DNA from: Neophaeotheca triangularis
Taxonomy: Eukaryota
Direction of reading: 5' to 3'
Assembly (NCBI GenBank): GCA_054600435.1
Contig: BAAIJX010000053.1
Coordinates: 124,001-160,889, forward strand
DNA: 36,889 nt
The translations under genes were made by a program, and so were the position numbers. Positions 1-9,542 of this stretch are shown here, piece by piece. The notes beneath the pieces are model-generated. The model was not told the origin of the DNA, made no database searches, and worked only from the letters and a program-made list of their open reading frames with translations. Positions within the stretch are counted from its first letter, which is position 1, and every line of letters begins with the position of its first letter.

Positions 1-2305
1 TGTGCTCGCGCCAGGCTTTCAAGGTATGTGTGGCGTCACGTGTGTCCTCGTCGGTGACGAGGCGCAAGATCTTGTTAGATGGCGAATGGCGACCTTTGTC
101 AGGCCTGTTGCGCGCCTCTCGTCTTGCCAGACGAACGAAGGTTGGAGTGCTGCCACCATCTTGGCTTGGTGGTCTTGGCGCATCAAGAATACTGAGCTGA
201 GGCGCTGAAGGACTTGCAATTTTGAGTTCTTTGTGGCGTTTAGAGGTATTCTTCGACGCTGCACTATGCCCTCGCTGCTGCTTTCCGAAACGCTGTTCGG
301 AAGCGCTAGTTGGTTGCTGTCGTACTCGCTGCAAAGCGTCTTTAATCCGAGGCTGACGCTTCTCTGCAGGCTTCCCAGCAGATTCTCTCCTAGATGCGCT
401 CGGCAACATGGGATCAATCCAGTCGACCTCCATATCCTCGTCGTCATCAACAGTGGTCCGATCGACCGTAAGTCGATTGTCTGCAAAGTCCAGCCGGTGG
501 TGCTCGAAAGCAGGAGGTGGTACTACTACCCGGGACTCGGAGTCATCTCCACTGTCGTCGGAGATAACCTGAACTCGTGACGGGGTTCGACTGTTCGTCC
601 TCCCTCCGTGTACTTTTTGCGCAATGCCTTTTTGCGGCATGGTCCGTACAGGTGAGCCAGTCGCTCTCCGCGCTTTCGAGGGAGATTCAATGACGTGACT
701 CTTTTGGCCCTTTGCATCAATCTTCAACCATGAAGCTGGCAATACACCTCTGATCCTGCGCTTCTCTTTCCTGAGCTGATTGTCTTCATTTTCTGGAGAC
801 ACTTCCGAGGAGTCGGACTGTGAACCCGAATCGCTAGAGATCTCTCGCGTCCTCTGCGTGAGTAGCCGCCGCCTTGAAACCAGAGTAGGATTCTCTTCAT
901 CTGACGTTTGGGAGGAGACAGGACCTCTGCCTTCAGAGGAGACATGCGGCGTTGGCAGGGACACTGGCGACATGCCCAGCGGCAATCGAAATGCTGGCCT
1001 AGGTCGAGTGACTTGTCCTGGCGCCGGGGACGTGCTTGATGTCGGAGGCGGTGACGGCGGAATGGCATACTCATCAATGTCTGTAGGTTGTTGGCGAGGT
1101 CCTGGCACAACCGCAACCATCCGCCTGGGAGTTGGCTCCGCTGGGCCGTTCAGCCTTCGCCGTTTGTAAACACCTTGCAGAGCTCTGGGCGGCTTGCGGC
1201 GCAAGATTGCATCGACGTCGGGCAATTCATCATCTGAATTGGAAGCCATATTGACGTGCTTGCTAGCGTCGCCGTCCTGTCCTCCTGGTGATGCATGGCG
1301 CATTGGCGAGCTCTGGGAATGCGAGACCGACTGACATTCTTCTTCGCTCACGGATGCATCCTGTGCCTCTTCAGCTGCACGGGATGCCTCCGCCACCTTG
1401 ATCGGCCGCAAGCCCCTCCCTTTCCACTGTCTCTCATACGCTAGCTTCTCGTACATGTAAGGATGAAGTTGCTGTTCGTTGCGGGCCCTGAAAGTTCTCC
1501 GGGCTCTGCTTTCTTCTCGAGTGGATGCGAGTAAGTCCTGAAGTGTCGGACTGCCCTGTGACGCAGTCTCAGGAAGACCTTGCGCATTCTGCGGCCGTGC
1601 AGCAGCAATCGGAGGTGACCCATCGTAGGAGATATTCGAGCCAGCAAGTCCGGGAAACAAGAACCCAGGTGGTGGTGAGACTTCACGCTCGCTGAGCGGC
1701 GTAGAAGCGCGGCTATGAGTTTCTTCTACAGTGGCAGCTTCTGTGTCATCCACTGCCGCCAATACTCTCGTGGTAGGCGCTTCGCCTCGTTTGTCAGTGC
1801 TGTCGGTGTTGGTGTTTCGAGTAAGGACTTCGCTGGAGGGAAGCGCTGATAACGGGTCGGAATCGGTGGCCGTTGCCTCTGCAAGCGCAGGCGTGCCAGT
1901 GATTGGAATGTTGACGCCGCGCGGACGGGGCACATCTTCTTTGAAAGAAAGTGATGCGCTATTCACCCTGGGAGCTCTCCCCTTTTCCCCACGATGCTGG
2001 CTATTAGAGCTTCCTGAAGTCGCGTGCAAAGTCTCTAATTCAGCCGGCCTCACCGTTCTTGCCTGTTTGCCGTATGTTTTTGGTGGCCGCGATACAGTAA
2101 AAAGTGCCAGGTCGTCTACATCTGTGTCCGGCTCAGGTACATAGCGGGAAGCTGGCAGCCCTTCCAGCGGGTGCTGTGTAGCCTCTTCATCGGTTCTGAC
2201 TTTCTTGCTGATATGTTTCCGGTCCGAATCTCGAGACTGTGTGGCGAGGTCCAGGTCTTCCTCGTCCGAATCCGGTACCTCTCCGAAGTCCTGCCATCGC
2301 TTCAT
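1..2305 (-). CDS. mms22: Mus7/MMS22-family DNA repair protein, 5' part only (runs off the left edge of the window)
   Basis: Absent from the ORF track, consistent with no in-frame stop inside the window. Manual minus-strand translation from ATG 2305 gives MKRWQDFGEVPDSDEED, later RRTFRARNEQQLHPYMYEKLAYERQWKGRGLRPIKV, and near the edge PQLSILDAP...FVRLARREARNRPDKGRHSPSNKILRLVTDEDTRDATHTLKAWREH, all in one frame. These resemble N-terminal motifs of filamentous-fungal Mus7/MMS22 proteins, recognised from memory. Confidence 0.75.
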   Translation of the reverse strand, partial: MKRWQDFGEVPDSDEEDLDLATQSRDSDRKHISKKVRTDEEATQHPLEGLPASRYVPEPDTDVDDLALFTVSRPPKTYGKQARTVRPAELETLHATSGSSNSQHRGEKGRAPRVNSASLSFKEDVPRPRGVNIPITGTPALAEATATDSDPLSALPSSEVLTRNTNTDSTDKRGEAPTTRVLAAVDDTEAATVEETHSRASTPLSEREVSPPPGFLFPGLAGSNISYDGSPPIAAARPQNAQGLPETASQGSPTLQDLLASTREESRARRTFRARNEQQLHPYMYEKLAYERQWKGRGLRPIKVAEASRAAEEAQDASVSEEECQSVSHSQSSPMRHASPGGQDGDASKHVNMASNSDDELPDVDAILRRKPPRALQGVYKRRRLNGPAEPTPRRMVAVVPGPRQQPTDIDEYAIPPSPPPTSSTSPAPGQVTRPRPAFRLPLGMSPVSLPTPHVSSEGRGPVSSQTSDEENPTLVSRRRLLTQRTREISSDSGSQSDSSEVSPENEDNQLRKEKRRIRGVLPASWLKIDAKGQKSHVIESPSKARRATGSPVRTMPQKGIAQKVHGGRTNSRTPSRVQVISDDSGDDSESRVVVPPPAFEHHRLDFADNRLTVDRTTVDDDEDMEVDWIDPMLPSASRRESAGKPAEKRQPRIKDALQRVRQQPTSASEQRFGKQQRGHSAASKNTSKRHKELKIASPSAPQLSILDAPRPPSQDGGSTPTFVRLARREARNRPDKGRHSPSNKILRLVTDEDTRDATHTLKAWREH

Positions 2306-2670
2306 TGGCGCCAGAATTCATTGCTGAAGCATCAAAGAGGCTCGAGTGCCAGAACCTGTGCAATACCAGGTATACCGAAGCTGTAATGTTCTCTTCTTAC
2401 AATGGTCTAAATTCTTGATATTGCATGTCGTCTGGAAGACGCGCTTTGACGCGTCGAGTCGGCAGCTATCGGAGCGCAGGCGCCGAGGTTTACCCCATTG
2501 GGCGTCATGCCGATGCCGGGGCCAAATAATTGTTGGAGCTCCCGGACGTTTCTTCGCGGAGTCCCCAGAGCAACTTTCGAAGTTGTCACGTTCATCATCA
2601 ACCCGAACACGTTGTTTCGCTACCGAGAAGAAACACTTTCCGAACCAATTCACTCACATTCACCGTCACC

Positions 2671-3996
2671 ATGCTCGCTTCCACCACGATCCAGCGTGCC
2701 ACTCGCACAACCGCTCTCAGACAGACCATCCGTGCCGCCTCGGTCTGGTCGCAGGTTCCCCAGGGGCCCCCAGACGCCATTCTTGGTATCACTGAAGCCT
2801 ACAAGAAGGACACGTCCGACAAGAAGATCAACCTTGGTGTTGGCGCCTACCGTGATGATAAGGGCAAGCCCTATGTGCTGCCGTCGGTGCAAGAGGCGGA
2901 GCAGAAGGTCGTCAAGTCAAACCTCGACAAGGAGTACGCCGGCATCACCGGTGTGCCCGACTTCACCAAGGCGGCTGCCAAACTCGCGTACGGTGAAGAC
3001 TGCAAGCAGTTGAACGAGGGCTCCATCGCCATCACCCAGTCCATCTCCGGCACAGGTGCGCTTCGCATTGGTGGCGCATTCTTGCAGCGTCACTACCCCG
3101 GCGCGAAGGCCATCTACATTCCAACTCCGTCCTGGGCCAACCACAAGGCCGTATTCCTGGACTCTGGGCTGGAGGTGAAGCAGTACAGATACTACAACAA
3201 GGACACGATCGGCTTAGACTTTGACGGTATGGTGGAGGACATCAAGAAGATGCCCAAGGGCAGCATTGTGCTTCTGCACGCTTGCGCGCACAACCCCACT
3301 GGTGTCGACCCAACTCAGGAGCAGTGGAAGGCTATCAGTGACGCGGTCAAGGAGGGCGGCCACTACCCATTTTTCGACATGGCGTACCAGGGCTTCGCCT
3401 CTGGCGACACAGACAAGGATGCCTTTGCGCTCAGGCACTTTTTGAAAGAGGGCCACCAGCCTTGCCTTGCTCAGTCTTTCGCCAAGAACATGGTAAGCTT
3501 GCATGAGAATTTAAGCTAAAGGTTCGGCATTAACGGTTCCCCTCAGGGTCTCTATGGCGAACGTGTCGGCGCCTTTTCCATCGTGACCAGCTCCCCCGAG
3601 GAGAAGGCCAGGGTCGACTCCCAGATCAAGATCCTCGTCCGCCCCCTCTACTCCAACCCCCCCGTCCACGGCGCCCGCATTGCCTCCACCATCCTTAACG
3701 ACCCTGCACTGAACAAGCAGTGGCTCGGCGAGGTCAAGGGCATGGCCGACCGCATCATCACCATGCGTGCGCTCCTCAAGGACAACCTCGAGAAGCTGGG
3801 CAGCAAGCACAGCTGGAACCACATCACCGACCAAATCGGCATGTTCGCCTACACCGGCTTGAACGCTGAGCAGATGACCAAGCTGGCCGAGGAGACGAGC
3901 GTGTACGCAACCAAGGACGGCAGAATATCGGTCGCCGGTATCACGAGCGAGAATGTAGGCAGGCTCGCTGAGAGCATCTTCAAGATCACCGGTTAA
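2671..3996 (+). CDS. AAT1: Mitochondrial aspartate aminotransferase (PLP-dependent, class I); exons 2671-3492 and 3547-3996, ~423 aa
   Basis: Arg/Thr-rich presequence [26 protein letters not shown]; motifs [40 protein letters not shown]. The PLP-lysine motif [15 protein letters not shown] is rejoined across a 54-nt GTAAGC...CAG intron (3493-3546). Confidence 0.96.
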
Positions 3997-4211
3997 GATG
4001 CCCACTGGTGCGGTTGAGAAGGATTGCTAAGGGGCGACGTTTGCTTGTGGCGAAGACTTCGATCGATGCCCGTACCTCGCTGCATGTTGTGCGTATGCAA
4101 CGTCGCGTAGCTTTCTGCAGGATGATGTCGCCCCAGTGGAGTGTATGATAAGGTGGTGAGGGGACAGCGTGGGCATTTCAATAGACTTCAACTACCAGCG
4201 TCAAGCGTTAC

Positions 4212-4242
4212 CCATAAAATACCGTTTCCATAAAATACCGTT
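4212..4242. repeat. Tandem direct repeat CCATAAAATACCGTT x2
   Basis: Exact 15-mer at 4212-4226 and 4228-4242. Confidence 0.9.
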
Positions 4243-4244
4243 GG

Positions 4245-4259
4245 TGAGTCAGTGACTCA
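4245..4259. promoter_or_regulatory. Inverted pair of Gcn4/CpcA (AP-1-like) consensus sites, TGAGTCA-G-TGACTCA
   Basis: Two perfect TGASTCA heptamers separated by 1 nt. Function is not demonstrated. Confidence 0.35.
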
Positions 4260-5148
4260 AGCACTGGAGTTGCTGCTGAGTCGTGTTGTCAAAGACGTAC
4301 TTGAGTCGAGAGTGGACTCGGATTCCTCAACGCTCTTTTGACAGCTTCGAGCTGGACCGTTAAAACGTAGGTGGTTCGGAGTTATTTAGTTAGGGTTAAG
4401 ACTCTCTCATTGTTGTTTTCGGGACAAAGCGAGAGACGAAACGTTCGAAGCGTCTTCGATTGCAGCAACGCGATCCACGTGGCTTCCCGACGGGCAAAAA
4501 GAAAGTCTAATGCAGACACGGCGATCGCTGGGACCATCTGCAGGCTGAGGGAAGACGTCAAAGCACCCATGGACCGAACGGACTCGAGGATCGAGGAGGT
4601 TGATGTCATCGTGATAGGAAATGGACGGGATCTGGAATCTTGGATATTGCCCCGGTGTCTACAGTAGTATATGAACCATTCCTTCGCCCCCAAATGTCCT
4701 GAAATAAGAATGCGTCCGGTACTCGTGCCGTCGTGTTGTGCCTCCTACCAAACCACCACAGCTTGTCGGCGACAAGACCTGCGACCTTGAAAGGAACCTG
4801 AAGAGGTGAGGTGAGAAGGAATCCGTCCAGGCGTACTAGGCCCTGCATGAACCTTAGGTACCCAAAGAACCTGTGACGGGGCGGGGGGGCGACGTCATCC
4901 GAACGAACATTTTCCAGGCACGCGAAAAAGACGACGGAAATCGCTGTGAAGAATTGGAACGTAGCAGCGCCTCAGAACAGCTGGAAAACTCTGAACTGTT
5001 GTGTCGAACGCTGCGACAGGACAGCCTTTGGCAACGCTATGCGACATCAATGAACAGCACAACGGCGAGAGAAGATGCATCTTTGGGGTGGGCAGCAGGT
5101 GTGAGACGATCGTCTGGGTTATGACGAAAGAGCACTTTGCCTACATAT

Positions 5149-5183
5149 AGGTAGGTACATACCTAGGTAAGGTACCTTACCTA
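5149..5183. repeat. AGGT/ACCT-rich palindromic element including the perfect 20-bp palindrome TAGGTAAGGTACCTTACCTA
   Basis: Palindrome at 5164-5183. The 17-mer AGGTAGGTACATACCTA (5149-5165) recurs exactly at 36338-36354. Confidence 0.8.
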
Positions 5184-6206
5184 CTACAACGTTAGTACGT
5201 GACAATTTCCTAGTCAGATTGACCACCAAGAAAGGCCCCCTCCCGCCTGAGGGACTAGCTGTCAAGAGCGAACTGACTTACAACAAACTCGTTGAATAAT
5301 TTGTGTAGAACAAGTTCGGCCAGCAGGAGGATACGCCCTTTGTAAGAGTCCAACGTGGACCCGTACGGCGCAAATGGCCCAGATAGTCGGGATAGTTTCG
5401 TTCGCTTGCTCGTCTTCGTCTATTCTGCTGGTTAGACTGAAAAAACTGCGTGATACCCACCCCTCTTCTGTTATGGCCTGTAGACTGTAGGCTTGTAGCC
5501 TTGTAGGTCGCTGTTGGGTTGGTGGGGTTTCAACGAGGCCCCATTCTTACTACATCACCCACTACCACACCACCCCCTCACCCATTCGTACTCGGAAGAA
5601 ACTACCATTAGCCCGTCCTTTTGACAGCCTTGCCTAACTACTACTGCCCATTTCTTATTCACCATTGCTCGTCCACCTATCCGTCCATTCTCAGGCCTGC
5701 CTATCCTAGTCAACGCTACATCTCTCCGAAAGACTTGTGCCCCGCAGACACTCTATAGTCATCTTTGTATGGTGCCAGACGGTTGGTATCGCCGGGTCCT
5801 TGTCCTTGTGTCACGCGACGAAAGTGTGCTAACCAGCAAGCAGCTGCATTCTTCACTTGAAAAAGCGGTCACCGGAGCCAGCGCGCATCCACTGACGGTA
5901 CGCTCCATCCATCTTCACACTCGACGTACCCTACCCTGCCTAACTCGGGAGCTGGCAGTCCAGAGCAGCAATAATCGGCTCTGACATCATACCTATAATT
6001 CTGATCTCACAGTCACACGAGCTCGAGTCTCACAGCACCTGAAGCGCACTTAGCGATTCGTGCGCGCAAAAGAGCAGGGAAGACTTCTACAAGGCTCTAC
6101 AGCCGGCGAGAAAGAAGTCGCTCGACCACATCAGGGACTCTGGAAGAAGGGCGCCAGGACAGAAAGAATCAGCAAGCCTATAAGAGAAAGACGCGTCGCA
6201 GCAACG

Positions 6207-7358
6207 ATGCCAGCAGCCGCCGCACAAGCAGACTCCAGGGTAAAGCAACCAACCTTTCACCTCCCGTCCACACCCACCCGAACAGCATCTCCCTTCCCTC
6301 TCTCCTCCCAGGCCCCCATTGACATCCAACCCACCAAGCAGCGTCCCATCGAGAGCAGCAGTAGCGGCAGCAGCAGGAGGGCGAGGCCCGGCCACAACCA
6401 GGCGGCTTCAACCCGCCCACTCAGCGAAGGCCGTTCTACACCTCCATGCACGGCCGCCTGCTGCTCACCCCTTGCCAAAGCCGCCCCACAAGCGTCCTCA
6501 GAGCCCACGTCTCTCAACAGACCGGTACTGAAGCGCGGCACTACCACCCCCTCCAACACCCCCTCCAACACCCCCTCCACAACACATACCACCCACGACC
6601 GTGCTAGCGCGACGGGTACTGACGGCGCTCTCTTACAGTCTGAAGATGGATCCACGACCGGGTTCCCTGATTTCGGCGACTTGGTCGACGGGAACACTTT
6701 TGAGCAGGTAAGAATAATCACTCGACATGCTTCAAATAGAAGAAGATGAGCAATGCGTATGACGTTTGAGTGCGGTCTGCTGACTCCTTTTGCTCTTTCC
6801 TTCCGCTTAGATCCTTGAGATGGACGATGACGAAGACGAGCGCGAGTTCAGCAAAAGCATAGTCTACGACTTCTTCGCGCAGGCGGATAGCACATTCGAG
6901 AAGATGGACGACAACCTGTAAGTCTAATTCGTACCCTTCTCCGCTATTTGCCCTTCAAACTCCAATCGCTCGCAGCGAGGGAAAAAGTATAAAACGTCGA
7001 AAGACACGAAAAAGACTACTGATCTCTGACCCTCCCACCTCTTCGCAGCGAAAAACAAGACCTAGCCCAACTCTCCGCGCTCGGACACTTCCTCAAAGGC
7101 TCCTCGGCCACCCTCGGCTTGACCAAAGTCAAGGACTCGTGCGAGAAGATCCAGCACTTCGGCGCACAAAAGGACGTCACCGGCACCCACGACGAGCCCG
7201 ACAAGGACAAGTGTCTGAAGAACTGCAAGGAGACCGTTGCCCAGGCGAAGCAGGAGTTCAAAGAGGTCGAGGTGTTGCTGCGGAGATTCTACCGCGATGA
7301 GGGTGGCGCGGCGGATTCCGGTACTGCTGCTGCTGCTGCTGCTACCGCTGAGAAATAG
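6207..7358 (+). CDS. YPD1: Histidine phosphotransfer (HPt) phosphorelay protein Ypd1; exons 6207-6239, 6639-6707, 6811-6917, 7049-7358 (~172 aa; ~305 aa if intron 1 is retained)
   Basis: Spliced translation ...GFPDFGDLVDGNTFEQ|ILEMDDDEDEREFSKSIVYDFFAQADSTFEKMDDNL|EKQDLAQLSALGHFLKGSSATLGLTKVKDSCEKIQH contains the HPt phospho-His motif GHFLKGSSA. GT...AG introns at 6708-6810 and 6918-7048 have CTGAC branch sites. The first exon/intron assignment is less certain. Confidence 0.9.
7326..7343 (+). repeat. (GCT)6 microsatellite encoding poly-Ala at the Ypd1 C-terminus
   Basis: Seen directly in the sequence. Confidence 0.85.
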
Positions 7359-7935
7359 ATTTGCGGAGGGTTCGTGATAGAGGTGGCTGGTGCCCTGGAC
7401 AGGGGTTCGGTCGAGTGGTGTGTGCTTGCTTGCGACCTCTTCTGTCGCGGGTGCGACGCCGCTCCCGTGTGCCACTTGCAGCTGATGGCGTCCTACACGA
7501 GACGAGAGGAGAGGACAGAGCAAACCTAAGCATAGCGATGTTTGGCTTTGAGTTCTTGCCCTTCCGACATCTTTCGCATGCGTTATGCTTGCCGACCTGA
7601 TTGATGCGTTTTGTCTCTTCGTCACGATCTCTCGTTGGATGCGATGGAATTTTCCAAAGCCGTTCTTCTGCATGGGCGTAAAAGCGTTTTGCGAAAGAAA
7701 TACTGCATACATAGACCGAAAATGTACTTTCTGCTGCACGCTAAACCTCCCTATCGATGCACAATATCCAAAGCATGTATTCTACACGTTCGACCCGGAA
7801 AAGGCAGAATGTAACCTTCGATCCGACTTCGCCTGGAACGACACAACGCCCCTTGTCAAAGCAAACCCTGCAAACGCTTTCCCCGACCTCTCAAACGCGC
7901 TTTTGGCCTCTCGCCCAAATTGGAGAGCTCCGGTC

Positions 7936-9016
7936 CTACCGTCGCCTCTCTCCGTCCCTCAGCTCCCTCCACCTCGTCATAAGCGGCGCCATTTCCTCCT
8001 CACAGCTCCTTGTCTCGTCGCGCTGGCAACTGTGGAAATTGGCGACGAAATCGCCTTCTTGGTAGACACCTGCAGTAAGAAAAGCAAAAAGCCGTCAGTC
8101 AACCTAACATACTCCCGAAGTAAACTCTCGCAAGATGGCGCAAGTGTACGAAGGGGATGAATAGGTACTCACCATCGGCCCCCTTGACCCCGAACCCAGC
8201 ATAAGCGTTCACCAGCCTCTGCGGCACCAGCGCCAATTTGGCCAAAACGGTGCCATGCCACTGTACAATATGCTCGAGCGCGTGGCCCTCTGCCTTTTGG
8301 AAGTTGTAGCTCCGATACAACGGATCGAACCAGGCGTCGAGGAAGAACTTCGCCCAGTCGCCCGTACGGATCAGCAGCGAGCCTCCCGCCAGCCCCTCGT
8401 GGTCTTGTGAGAGGATGAAGTCGACGCGCTCGCCGCTCAGGTGCGTGAAGGTCTTGATGACGCTGTCCGGCGGCACCACGGGCTTGTCGACGATCATGTG
8501 CTCTTCGAGGAGGCGGGGGTTGAGGATTTTGCTGTGCAGATCTTGGGCCGGGTTCATGATGAGGGCTGTTGGGGTTAGGTAAAAGAGCCATTCGGCGTGA
8601 GGGTGGAGTGTCATAGCGTGGCGCAGCGAGGGGATGGTGCTCCAGCTGCTAGGGGCGCTGCCGAGGTCGTAGTCGGTGGTGTTGGGGAAGAAGGTTGCGT
8701 AGTTATGGCGGCTGGCGTAGTCGCGGCGGTTGTCGATGATGTTGGATTTGTAACTCGCGCTTATGGAGGGGTCGAGGGGGGTTACGAGCACGACGGACGG
8801 GGTGCCTGGTGGGGGTTTGGGTCTCCTTGTTGTGGATGAAGATGACGGGCTTTTGAAGAGGTGAAGTAGGAAGAAGAAGAGGACGGCGCCGCCTAGTAGG
8901 TAGGGAGCGTAGCGGCGGAGGGTGCGGCGGTTGCGCAGGGAGGAGGATCGCGGGGTGTAGCGGGTGGAGGGGTTGACGTTGACGTCGGAGCTCTTGCGAG
9001 GGTAGGGGAATTGCAT
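7936..9016 (-). CDS. MNN11: GT34 (GMA12/MNN10 family) Golgi alpha-1,6-mannosyltransferase subunit, Mnn11-like; exons 9016-8173 and 8069-7936, ~325 aa
   Basis: Type II TM segment (YLLGGAVLFFFLLHLF); motifs NRRDYASRHNY, VVPPDSVIKTF, FFLDAWFDPLYRSYNFQKAEGHALEHIVQWH. Intron GTGAGT...CTGAC...CTGCAG (8172-8070) joins to GVYQEGDFVANFHSC. Confidence 0.85.
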
Positions 9017-9542
9017 GGTCGGCGGTGAGGGTGAGAGGCTCCGTGGAATCGAGTAGTCCCCCCGCGTGATCATTCGAGTAGTTATGAGTACTGGCGCAAA
9101 GTATATGGCTCCGAATAGTGGTTCTTTTGGGTTTGTTTCTTCATTGCATCATCCTGGCTCTACAAGCAGATCGCGATCCAGCTCTTTTCAATGGGGCGAG
9201 ACGAAGGCAGGACACAGCGGTCTCAGCTTTTCAGTCGTTGGTGTATCTTTTGCGAGTCGGTAGGTATGGTAGTTGTCGGCTGGTGAGTACGTGTGGTTTG
9301 ATAAGATTACGATTGGCGATTGGAGGCAGTACCAACCCGGTTTATATTTAGACTTCTCATGCTCATGCAGGGCAGACCTTCGGCAAGGACCGCAGAGCCT
9401 CAATCAGCTGTCCGTTCCGCGCAAGACGTGAGCTTTGCAGCTTTGCCAAGATTTCGAGCTGAAGATTTACCCCGACATCTTATCGCCGTCTTTCTTCTTC
9501 GCAAATACCGGACATGGCTCGGTGACCCAAGACGTTCACAAA

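Noticed and set aside
4569..4667. MDRTDSRIEEVDVIVIGNG, resembling the start of a Rossmann fold (possible flavoprotein gene relic)
   Set aside because: No GxGxxG completion and no downstream homologous segments found in the frames read; cannot be supported without a search.
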